64,000 nt of DNA from a bacterium. Its GTDB lineage: Bacteria; RBG-13-61-14; DATKZS01. Where the stretch lies: contig CAXXFL010000001.1 in NCBI GenBank assembly GCA_963674965.2, positions 1-64,000 on the forward strand, given 5' to 3'. Position numbers and translations under genes: made by a program. Position 1 is the first letter of the stretch; every line of letters starts with the position of its first letter. Of this stretch, positions 18,956 through 27,243 are shown piece by piece. The notes below the pieces were generated by a model. That model did not search any database and was not told the origin of the DNA. It saw only the letters and a program-made list of their open reading frames with translations.

Positions 18956-20374
18956 CTATTCCATGCCCAGTCTCTTCATCATCTGCTGAAGGCTCTGCCG
19001 GGTAAGGCCGAGGGTATCGGCCGCCTTGGTCTTGTTGCCCTCGCACTGGGCAAGGGCGTCTCCGATCAGGTTCCTCTTCAGGTGGTCCACCGCCTCCATC
19101 AGGCCGCCGCCGGCGGAGGATGCCTCCGCCTCGAGCAAGGGGCCGTTCACCAGCCGGTCGGAAAGGTCGGAGACCTTGATCGTCTCGCCGTCGCAGAGCA
19201 TCATGGCCCGCTCGATCTCGTTTTGAAGCTCGCGAGCGTTGCCGGGGAAGTCGTAGGCCTTGAGCGCGGCCATGGCTTTTTCGTCGACCCGGGGCGGGGT
19301 CCTCCCGTTTTTCTTCGCCGCCCGCTCGAGGAAGTGGCTCGCCAAAAGGGGCACGTCCCCGTCCCGGTCGCGGAGGGGAGGCGCGGTGATCGAGATCACG
19401 TTGAGCCGGTAAAAAAGGTCCTCCCTGAACCCGCCCTCCTCGACCAGCCGGGCCAGGTCCTTGTTGGTGGCGGCCACCACCCGGACGTCCACGAACCGGG
19501 GCTCGAGTTCTCCCACCCTCCTGACTTCTCCCTCCTGGAGAACGCGGAGGAGCCGGACCTGCATGGCCGGCGAGGTTTCGCCTATCTCGTCCAGGAACAC
19601 GGTCCCGCCGTCGGCCACCTCGAAGAGTCCCTTCTTGTCGTTGGCCGCTCCGGTGAAGGCCCCCTTCTTGTAGCCGAACAACTCGCTCTCGAGCAGGGTG
19701 TCGGGCAGGGCGCCGCAGTTCTGGACCACGAACTTGGCCCCCGCCCGGGAGGAGTTGTAATGCAGGGCCCGGGCGATCAGTTCCTTGCCCGAGCCGGTCT
19801 CGCCCTGGATGAGCACCGTCACCGCCGAGTCGGCCACCTTCGAGAGCACGGCGAACATCTTCTCCATGGCCGGGCTCTTGCCCACGATCTCGTCGAAGCC
19901 GTACCTGGTCTCGACCTCCCGCTGGAGGTGGGCGTAGTCCTTTTTCAACTCCTCGTGCGCCCGGGCCAGTTCCCCGGTCAGCCTGGCGTTCTCCCGGACC
20001 AGCCGGAAATGGTCGGCCGCCTGGGCCACGGTCACCTTTAGCTCGCTCGGCTCCCAGGGCTTGGTAAGGTATCTCCACACCTCGCCCGAGTTGATGGCCG
20101 TGATCAGGTCCTCGATGTCGGCGTAGGCGGAAAGGATGACGCGGACCGCGTCGGGACGGATATCCCTGGCCCTTCTCATCACCTCGACGCCGCTCATGCC
20201 GGGCATGCGCTGGTCGGCTATGACAACCGCCACGTCCGTTTTCTCGAGCAGGCCGATCGCGTCGGCGGGCGAGGTCGAGGTCAATACCTCGAAGTCGTCC
20301 TCGAAAGTAATGGCCAGGGAGTCCACAATATGGGGCTCGTCGTCCACTATCAGGATTTTAAGCCTCTCTTCCAT
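18956..20374 (-). CDS. Sigma54-dependent response regulator (NtrC family)
   Basis: REC (VDDE, DQRMPGMSG), GETGSGKE, ESELFG, GAFTGA, FLDEIG, FREDLFYRL, C-terminal Fis HTH. Confidence 0.97.
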   Translation of the reverse strand: MEERLKILIVDDEPHIVDSLAITFEDDFEVLTSTSPADAIGLLEKTDVAVVIADQRMPGMSGVEVMRRARDIRPDAVRVILSAYADIEDLITAINSGEVWRYLTKPWEPSELKVTVAQAADHFRLVRENARLTGELARAHEELKKDYAHLQREVETRYGFDEIVGKSPAMEKMFAVLSKVADSAVTVLIQGETGSGKELIARALHYNSSRAGAKFVVQNCGALPDTLLESELFGYKKGAFTGAANDKKGLFEVADGGTVFLDEIGETSPAMQVRLLRVLQEGEVRRVGELEPRFVDVRVVAATNKDLARLVEEGGFREDLFYRLNVISITAPPLRDRDGDVPLLASHFLERAAKKNGRTPPRVDEKAMAALKAYDFPGNARELQNEIERAMMLCDGETIKVSDLSDRLVNGPLLEAEASSAGGGLMEAVDHLKRNLIGDALAQCEGNKTKAADTLGLTRQSLQQMMKRLGME

Positions 20375-20411
20375 GTCCGCGTCTCCTTATCGCTCCCGCG
20401 TCGGCCGGTCC

Positions 20412-22121
20412 CTACCTTATTTGGGTGGGTCCGGGCATGACCGCCAGTTTGGTCCCGGCCTTCCACAGCCCCCTGAACCTCACGGCCTCCAAGAGGGACC
20501 TCTCCTCGGGCGTCAGGAAGTGGGAGGCCGCCCTTTCCTCGATCCTTCCCGTCAGTATCTTCCACAGCGTGACCTTTTCCCGCTTGTATACCAGGTTCAC
20601 GTCCTGTCCCGCGGGCACGGAAAGAAGCTTCTTCATCTCGTCCACCGCCGCGTCGAAGCCGCCCACCCGGTCCACCAGGCCGATCTCGAGCGCCTGATGT
20701 CCGGTCCAGACCCTTCCCTTTCCGATCTCGTTGACTTCCTCCTCGGTCATGGAGCGTCCCTGCCCCACCCTGCTCAGGAAAAGCTCATAAAGGGACGAGA
20801 TACTATCGCGGACCTTTTCTCTTTCCGCCTCGGTTAACTTTTTATTGATGGTACCCATGGTCGAGTATTGTCCTCTTCCCATGTTCTCCGTTCCCACCTG
20901 TATCTTTTCCAGGAGCCGGCCCAGGCTGAGGTGGGCCGTGAGTATGCCGATGGACCCGGTTATAGTGCCAGGCTGGGCCACGATCTTGTCCGCCCCGCAG
21001 GATATGTAATAGCCGCCCGAGCCGGCCACGTCGGACATGGAGACCACTATGGGCTTCTCCTTTTTCATCCGCTGCGTCACCCTCCAGATGAGGTCCGAGG
21101 CCAGGGCCGAGCCGCCTCCCGAGTCCACCCTGAAGATGACCCCGTCGATGTCCTCGTCGTTCATCACCTTGAGCATTTCCTTGACCATGTCGTCCGAGGC
21201 GATCATCTGGCGGCTGAAGAAACCGCCCGGCTCCTCGCCGGTCACGATGGGACCGACGCCGTAGATGACCGCCACCTGAGGCTCCTTCGAGAACTTGTTT
21301 TTATTGGAGGTAATGGACTCGAGATACCAGTCCTCCGAAAGCACCTCGGGTTTTCCGCCCGAAAGTTCCGTGACCACCTCGTCCAGGTACCTGGTTCCGT
21401 CCAGTGCCCCGGCCTCGATATATTTCTCGGGAATGAACCAGGCCGAGTCGATCCAGTTCCCGACCTCCTCCGGCGCCACGCCCCGCCCGTCGGCTATGTC
21501 ATTAACGAGCTGGGAATACACGTCGTCAAGGATGGAGTTTTGCACCTCGCGCTCGGCCTCGGACATGTCCCGCCTGGAAAGCATGTCGGCGAAGGACTTG
21601 TATTCCGCGATCTGGTCCACTTCCATGTCAACGTATATCTTGTCCCACAGCCCGCCCAGATAAAAACGGAAAACGGATGGGCCCGTGAGCTCGAGCTGGG
21701 AGGCCGGAGATATGTAAACCTTGTCGCAAGCCGAGGCCACGTAATACTCGACGTTGCCGCCGCCCTCCAGCTCTAGGTAGGCGTGGATGGGCTTGTCCGT
21801 CATCGACTGGTATCTTTTAATCGCGCTCCTGAACTCCTGGGCCTTGCCCAAACCATACTCGGCCGAGGCGATCTTAAGCACCACGGCCTTGACGTCCTTG
21901 TCCCGGGCCGCCGCCTCGAGTATCCGGACCTTGTCCAGGACCGTGGGCGTGTATTCCTCGAACAGGCTCATAAACGCGTTAAAGGAGGTTACCTCGGGAA
22001 TCTCGCCGCCAAGATCGAGAAGAAGCACGCCGTCTTTGGGCATATGGGGACGCCGGGCGGCCGTCAAACCGCAAAGAGAAACGATTAAAACGAACATGAC
22101 CGCGAGTTTTGTTTTTTTCAT
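20412..22121 (-). CDS. sppA: Signal peptide peptidase SppA (tandem S49 domains)
   Basis: YYVASACDKVY, EYKSFAD, RVDSGGGSALASD, SMSDVAGSGGYYIS, TITGSIG, GRVWTG.QA..GLVD. Confidence 0.95.
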   Translation of the reverse strand: MKKTKLAVMFVLIVSLCGLTAARRPHMPKDGVLLLDLGGEIPEVTSFNAFMSLFEEYTPTVLDKVRILEAAARDKDVKAVVLKIASAEYGLGKAQEFRSAIKRYQSMTDKPIHAYLELEGGGNVEYYVASACDKVYISPASQLELTGPSVFRFYLGGLWDKIYVDMEVDQIAEYKSFADMLSRRDMSEAEREVQNSILDDVYSQLVNDIADGRGVAPEEVGNWIDSAWFIPEKYIEAGALDGTRYLDEVVTELSGGKPEVLSEDWYLESITSNKNKFSKEPQVAVIYGVGPIVTGEEPGGFFSRQMIASDDMVKEMLKVMNDEDIDGVIFRVDSGGGSALASDLIWRVTQRMKKEKPIVVSMSDVAGSGGYYISCGADKIVAQPGTITGSIGILTAHLSLGRLLEKIQVGTENMGRGQYSTMGTINKKLTEAEREKVRDSISSLYELFLSRVGQGRSMTEEEVNEIGKGRVWTGHQALEIGLVDRVGGFDAAVDEMKKLLSVPAGQDVNLVYKREKVTLWKILTGRIEERAASHFLTPEERSLLEAVRFRGLWKAGTKLAVMPGPTQIR

Positions 22122-22348
22122 TGAAGTTCCCTCCTTAAATTTTGCCGCCAACTTGCCTCCGGCGGTATTTAAACCCTTCCTTTTTTTCCGTCCTCGCCCC
22201 GCGCCGCAAGAAAATCAAGCGCCCGGGCCGCCGGAAACAATTGCGAAAGGCGCCTATGGATAACAATTTATCTCTTTAATAAGGACCGTTTCTCCAGTTT
22301 CAAGGTCCTCACTCGATATAATAGCAACCTTTGGGCCAAAGGGTCCCT

Positions 22349-23665
22349 TCAGTCGGTCTCGATCTCATCCCTGAACCTTTTTATTTCATCAAGGGCCCGG
22401 CGGGCCATTCTCTCCTTGCGGTCTTTTTTCCGGAGCCTCTCGGAAAGCGGCTCGAGGACCCCGAAGTTGGCGTTCATGGGCTGGAAGTTAATAATCGACC
22501 GGTCCGTGACGTAGGCCATGAGCGCCCCCATCACCGTGGTCCGGGGCGGAAGCTTGGGCGCTTTTCCCTGCAGCCTTCTTATAACGCCGAGTCCGGCCAT
22601 CATCCCCGAGGCAGCGCTTTCGAGGTATCCTTCTACTCCCGTGATCTGGCCGGCGAAAAAAACGCGGGGCAGTTCCCTAAGAGAAAGGTCGGCGGACAAC
22701 AGCTTGGGCGAATTAATATAGGAGTTACGATGCACGCTTCCGAGCCTCGCGAACTCGGCCCTCTCCAGGCCGGGAATCATGCGGAACACCCTTTCCTGCT
22801 CGGGCCAGGCCAGCCGGGTTTGAAACCCCACCATGTTGTAAAGGCCTCCGGCCGCGTCGTCCTGCCGAAGCTGGACCACGGCGTGGGGACGAAGGCCCGT
22901 TCGGGGGTCCGTAAGTCCCACCGGCTTGAGCGGTCCGTGGGCCAGGGTGTCCACGCCCCTCTCGGCCATGGTCTCGACGGGAAGGCAGCCCTCGAAGTAT
23001 CTCGGGTCCTCGAACTCCCGTAGGGGCGTCCGCCTGGCCTCGATCAGGGCGGTGATAAAGCCTTCGTATTCGCGCCGGTCCATGGGGCAGTTGATATAGT
23101 CGTCGCCGCCCTTGCCGTAGCGGGAGGCGCGGAAAGCCACGCTCATGTCCACGCTCTCGGCGGTCACGATGGGGGCGATGGCGTCGTAAAAGGCCAGGGA
23201 CCCGGCCCCGGTAAGATTCGAGATAGCCTCGGCCAGGGCGTCCGACGTGAGCGGACCCGAGGCCACCACCACCACCCCGCCCGGTATTGACTTAATCTCC
23301 TCCCGCTCGATCTTCACCGCCTCCAGGGACTCGAGGCTATCGGTGATATGGCCCCCGAACCTTTCCCGGTCCACGGCCAGGGCCCCGCCGGCGGGCACGC
23401 GGGAAGCCCGGGCCGCCTTCATCACTATCGAGTCGAGCGCCTCCATCTCGGCCTTGAGGACGCCCGAGGCGTTGTCCAGCGAGTCGGACTTGAGAGAGTT
23501 CGAGCAGACCAGCTCGGCCAGGAGCCCCGTCTTGTGGGCGGGGGTCATGCTTGACGGGCGCATCTCGAAAAGGCGGACCGCTATCCCGGCCTTTCCCAGC
23601 TTCCAGGCCGCCTCGCATCCCGCGAGGCCCCCTCCGATTATCGTTACGGCTTTGTCGTCGGACAT
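22349..23665 (-). CDS. trmFO: FAD/folate-dependent tRNA (uracil-54) methyltransferase
   Basis: GGGLAGCEAA, AELVCSNS, VPAGGALAVDR, YFEGCLPVE, GPLKPVGL, YNMVGFQT, FFAGQITGVEGY, FQPMNANFG. Confidence 0.98.
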   Translation of the reverse strand: MSDDKAVTIIGGGLAGCEAAWKLGKAGIAVRLFEMRPSSMTPAHKTGLLAELVCSNSLKSDSLDNASGVLKAEMEALDSIVMKAARASRVPAGGALAVDRERFGGHITDSLESLEAVKIEREEIKSIPGGVVVVASGPLTSDALAEAISNLTGAGSLAFYDAIAPIVTAESVDMSVAFRASRYGKGGDDYINCPMDRREYEGFITALIEARRTPLREFEDPRYFEGCLPVETMAERGVDTLAHGPLKPVGLTDPRTGLRPHAVVQLRQDDAAGGLYNMVGFQTRLAWPEQERVFRMIPGLERAEFARLGSVHRNSYINSPKLLSADLSLRELPRVFFAGQITGVEGYLESAASGMMAGLGVIRRLQGKAPKLPPRTTVMGALMAYVTDRSIINFQPMNANFGVLEPLSERLRKKDRKERMARRALDEIKRFRDEIETD

Positions 23666-23707
23666 GAGGGTGAAGTTATCTTAAGGCTCGGCGCCGGTCA
23701 AACGAGG

Positions 23708-24889
23708 TTATCGCCCGGGCCACGGCGCGTCCATGGAAATCCCTCGCGAGGGCTCGTGGGCGAAGAGGCGGACGCCATCGAGGCTCGAGTCGAAAATGGC
23801 GGCCCCCAGGGTGCATCCCTTGTCCGGTCCGACGTAGGGTCGGCAGACGGGAAATTCCTCGTCCTCGGCCGAGGCCAGGACCCGGAGGACGTCATCCATG
23901 GTCAGGACCGAGGGGGCCGCGCTTTCCGCCCAGGCGTCGGCCGCTTTCTGTCGCGGCTCGGACCTGTCCCTGTATCCCTCGATCTGTTTTATATCCTTCA
24001 TTTTGGGATGGATAAAATGGTTGGCGTGGGCGAAGGTCCCATCGATTTGAATGATGGAGAAGTCGTCTCGAGAGGTCTCGACCGAGACCATTTTGCCCTC
24101 CTTCCTGGAGGCGAAAAGATGGTGCTGTGAATAGGCCCGGCGCGGATGAGTGGCCAGCGCCGCGGCCTCGCCGATATTTCTCGCCTCGAGCGCGGCCCGG
24201 TCGATGGCGTAGCGCGGCAGCCCCGGCCTCACGCCGGCGGCGCCTATATAATTGACGGTCTGGACCAGCCCGGCCGAGTTGGCCGACGGCCCGTTTCCGG
24301 GCAGGTATCCCGGATAGGTCAGGCTGACGCTTCTGACGCCCGAGGGCCAGGTCACGTCGAGGACGTACATGCCGCGGTAATAGGCCCCGCTTCCGTCCTC
24401 GTTGTGGCCGACAATGAAACGGCCGCCCGCCAGGGCCGCGACGGTGGTGCATTCCTCGTCGTAAGTGACGGCCTTCATCATGGCCGACAGCTCGGGGTTG
24501 AGGAACATGGCCAGCGCCCGCTCGAGATCGACTCCCGCTCCCTGGGCCATGCCCTCCAGCTCGGCCAGGACGAAGGGCGTCTCCTCCCTTATCGCCGCCA
24601 AAAAAGGATCGAGCCGGGTCTTGCGATCGGCCATGGCGAAGGAAATCAGGGTGTCCATCCATTCCTTCCTCGCCTCGTGGGCCTCCCCGATTTCCTTTTC
24701 AAAGCGGCGGCCCACGGCCAGTCCGATCTCCCGGTAGTCTTTCCCGCTTACCCTGAAAAGTGGAAATGGGAAACCTTCGCGCTCGGGGTCCATCGACTTC
24801 CTCTTTCCGCGCCCCAGCCTGGCGGCCAGCACGGGGCCGGGCAAGGCGAGCGCCGCGATCATCGATCGCCTGGTGATTTTTAATGGCAT
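23708..24889 (-). CDS. Peptidase C45 / Ntn-hydrolase (acyl-CoA:6-APA acyltransferase family)
   Basis: ELEGMAQGA, autocleavage-type ECTT, GHNED, HANHF; possible Tat signal ITRRSMI. Confidence 0.88.
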   Translation of the reverse strand: MPLKITRRSMIAALALPGPVLAARLGRGKRKSMDPEREGFPFPLFRVSGKDYREIGLAVGRRFEKEIGEAHEARKEWMDTLISFAMADRKTRLDPFLAAIREETPFVLAELEGMAQGAGVDLERALAMFLNPELSAMMKAVTYDEECTTVAALAGGRFIVGHNEDGSGAYYRGMYVLDVTWPSGVRSVSLTYPGYLPGNGPSANSAGLVQTVNYIGAAGVRPGLPRYAIDRAALEARNIGEAAALATHPRRAYSQHHLFASRKEGKMVSVETSRDDFSIIQIDGTFAHANHFIHPKMKDIKQIEGYRDRSEPRQKAADAWAESAAPSVLTMDDVLRVLASAEDEEFPVCRPYVGPDKGCTLGAAIFDSSLDGVRLFAHEPSRGISMDAPWPGR

Positions 24890-25102
24890 GGGAAAAGATT
24901 ATAGCCGGATGTTCGCCGCGGTCAATCGGGGATAGTACCTCGATCGTTTTTTATCGGGTCATCGCGTATTAGTTACGGCGACGAGGAAAAATATTAAACA
25001 AGCCGTTAATCAAACGCGATCGTCCCGCGCCTTTGGGAAGCCGCGTACAAACCTCGACAAAATCCCTCGTTTCCGAAGCCAATAGCCCGTTCGCTTCGCT
25101 CA

Positions 25103-25194
25103 CCCACGCAATATGCGTGGGCGACCCGGATTCCAGGCGGCTGGAAGCGGTTTAGCGCCCTTGCGGATGGGGTCGCCCATGCATCTTGCGTGGG
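25103..25194. repeat. REP-like inverted repeat pair
   Basis: CCCACGCAATATGCGTGGGCGACCC (25103-25127) and its reverse complement with 2 mismatches (25170-25194); each arm is itself a hairpin. Confidence 0.65.
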
Positions 25195-25521
25195 CGGCGT
25201 GAGGCGCCGGCTGAGTTCCTCTCACCATTAAAGACCCCACTCCATTCGGTCTATATAATAAATGTCGTCAAACTCACATGATTTCTCGTCCACCTGGCCC
25301 GTTCGACACTCTCACCCGCCTGTCTCCATCCGGTCATCTCTATTAGATTTGAACGGCTAACCGCCCTGTCATAAACTGGACTGGAGTTTTCCGGGACGGT
25401 CCCCCAGGGGCCGCGAAAGCGGGACGCCCGGCCGGGCGGTCTCGAGGATTACAGCCAACCGGACGAGGGCCGCGCCGAGCGATGGGCGCTTTTTCTCCTC
25501 GTCCGGACAAGGAGGTTTTAG

Positions 25522-27213
25522 ATGGGCCAGAAAGTAGTAGTAATAGGCGGCGTGGCCTGCGGTCCCAAGGCCGCCGCCCGGCTTCGGCGCAAGGACCCCG
25601 AGGCGCAAATAACCATCATCGAGCGCGGTCCCTTCGTTTCCTACGCGGGCTGCGGAATACCTTATTACATAGGCGGCGTGGTCGAGGAGCTTGAGGGACT
25701 CATGAAGACGTCCCACGGAACGCTTCGGGACGTGCTTTATTTCGACAAGGTCAAGAACGTCAAGGTCATGGCCCGCACCGAGGCCGCGGCCATCGACCGG
25801 GCCAATAAGACAGTAAAGACGAAAAACCTGGACACGGGCGAGGAGGCCGAGGTCCCCTACGACAAGCTGGTCATGGCCACGGGCGGGGCGCCCGTCATGC
25901 CGCCCTTCCCCGGCATGGACCTGGAGGGCGTGTTCACCCTCCGCCGCCCGACGGACGCCGAGGCCCTGCGCGCCAAGATCGAGGCGGGCGAGGCCGACAG
26001 GGTGTGCATAGTCGGCGCCGGCCGCATCGGGCTCGAGGTGGCGGAGGGCCTGGCCAACCAGGCCTGCGACGCGACCATCGTGGACATAGCGCCCCAGGTG
26101 CTGTTCGGGCTGCTCGATCCGGACATGGCCCTGGTGGTCGAGAACGCCCTCCGGGCCGAGAACGTGGTCCTCCATCTGGGCGAGGGCGTGAAGAGCATCG
26201 AGGGCGAGGACGGCAAGGTGACCAAGGTGGTCACCGACAAGCGGGAGATCGAGACCGACGCCGTGCTGGTGGCCGTGGGCGTAAGGCCCGAGGTGGCCCT
26301 GGCCAAGGCGGCCGGACTCGAGATAGGCGAGACCGGGGCCATATTGGTGGACGAATATCTCGTCACCAGCGACCCCGACATATACGCGGGCGGCGACTGC
26401 GCCGAGAACAATAACCTGGTGACGGGCAAAAAATGCTGGATACCTCTCGGGTCCACCGCCAACCGGCACGGCCGGATCATCGCCAACAATATCATGGGCG
26501 AGAAGGCCAAGTTCCCCGGCGTGGTGGGAACGGGCATCCTGCGCACCCTCGGCGTGAACGTGGCCAGCACGGGAATCACCGCTACCAAGGCCAGGGAACT
26601 CGGGTTCGATCCGGTTTACGGGCTGGCGCCCTCCGGCGACAAGTCGCACTTTTATCCGGGCGGCAAGAACATCCTCATCAAGCTGGTGGCGGACGCCAAG
26701 TCCCGGAAGCTTCTGGGCATCCAGGTGGTGGGCCCGGGCGACGTGGTCCGCAGGGTGGACACGGTGGCGGCGGTCCTTACCTTCGGCGGCACGGTGGACG
26801 ACCTGGCCGAGATGGACCTGGCCTATTCCCCGCCCTTCGGCACGGCCATCGAGGCGGTGGCCCACGCCGCCAACATCGTGAGAAACCGCATCGACGGCAT
26901 AGCCGAGGTGATGACGCAAAAGGAGTTCCGCGAGTTCCTCGAGACCAAGCTGGATGCCCTTATCCTGGACGTGCGGTCGGCCCATGAGGTCGAGAATATC
27001 CCGGCCCCCGCGGACGGACGCTGTCAGAACGTGGCCCTCGGCGACCTGCGCTCGAGGATAAGCGATCTTCCGTCGGACAAGGAGACGGTGATTCTTTGCG
27101 CCCTGGGCCAGCGGTCCTATGAGGCGGTCCTGGCGCTGAAGGGCGCGGGCTTTAACAAGGTCCGCTACGTGGAGGGAGGCCTGAACGTCTTCACCAGGAG
27201 CGCGAGCGAATAA
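25522..27213 (+). CDS. CoA-disulfide/persulfide reductase with C-terminal rhodanese domain (Npsr-like)
   Basis: GGVACG, redox SYAGCGIPY, GAGRIGLE, YAGGDC, DLAYSPPF, rhodanese LDVR...ILCALGQRSY. Confidence 0.92.
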   Translation: MGQKVVVIGGVACGPKAAARLRRKDPEAQITIIERGPFVSYAGCGIPYYIGGVVEELEGLMKTSHGTLRDVLYFDKVKNVKVMARTEAAAIDRANKTVKTKNLDTGEEAEVPYDKLVMATGGAPVMPPFPGMDLEGVFTLRRPTDAEALRAKIEAGEADRVCIVGAGRIGLEVAEGLANQACDATIVDIAPQVLFGLLDPDMALVVENALRAENVVLHLGEGVKSIEGEDGKVTKVVTDKREIETDAVLVAVGVRPEVALAKAAGLEIGETGAILVDEYLVTSDPDIYAGGDCAENNNLVTGKKCWIPLGSTANRHGRIIANNIMGEKAKFPGVVGTGILRTLGVNVASTGITATKARELGFDPVYGLAPSGDKSHFYPGGKNILIKLVADAKSRKLLGIQVVGPGDVVRRVDTVAAVLTFGGTVDDLAEMDLAYSPPFGTAIEAVAHAANIVRNRIDGIAEVMTQKEFREFLETKLDALILDVRSAHEVENIPAPADGRCQNVALGDLRSRISDLPSDKETVILCALGQRSYEAVLALKGAGFNKVRYVEGGLNVFTRSASE

Positions 27214-27243
27214 CCGAGACGGCCTCGGCGGCAAGAGGGGCGC

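Noticed and set aside
25369-27234. 621-aa minus-strand ORF
   Set aside because: Antisense to the CoA-persulfide reductase; no independent evidence.
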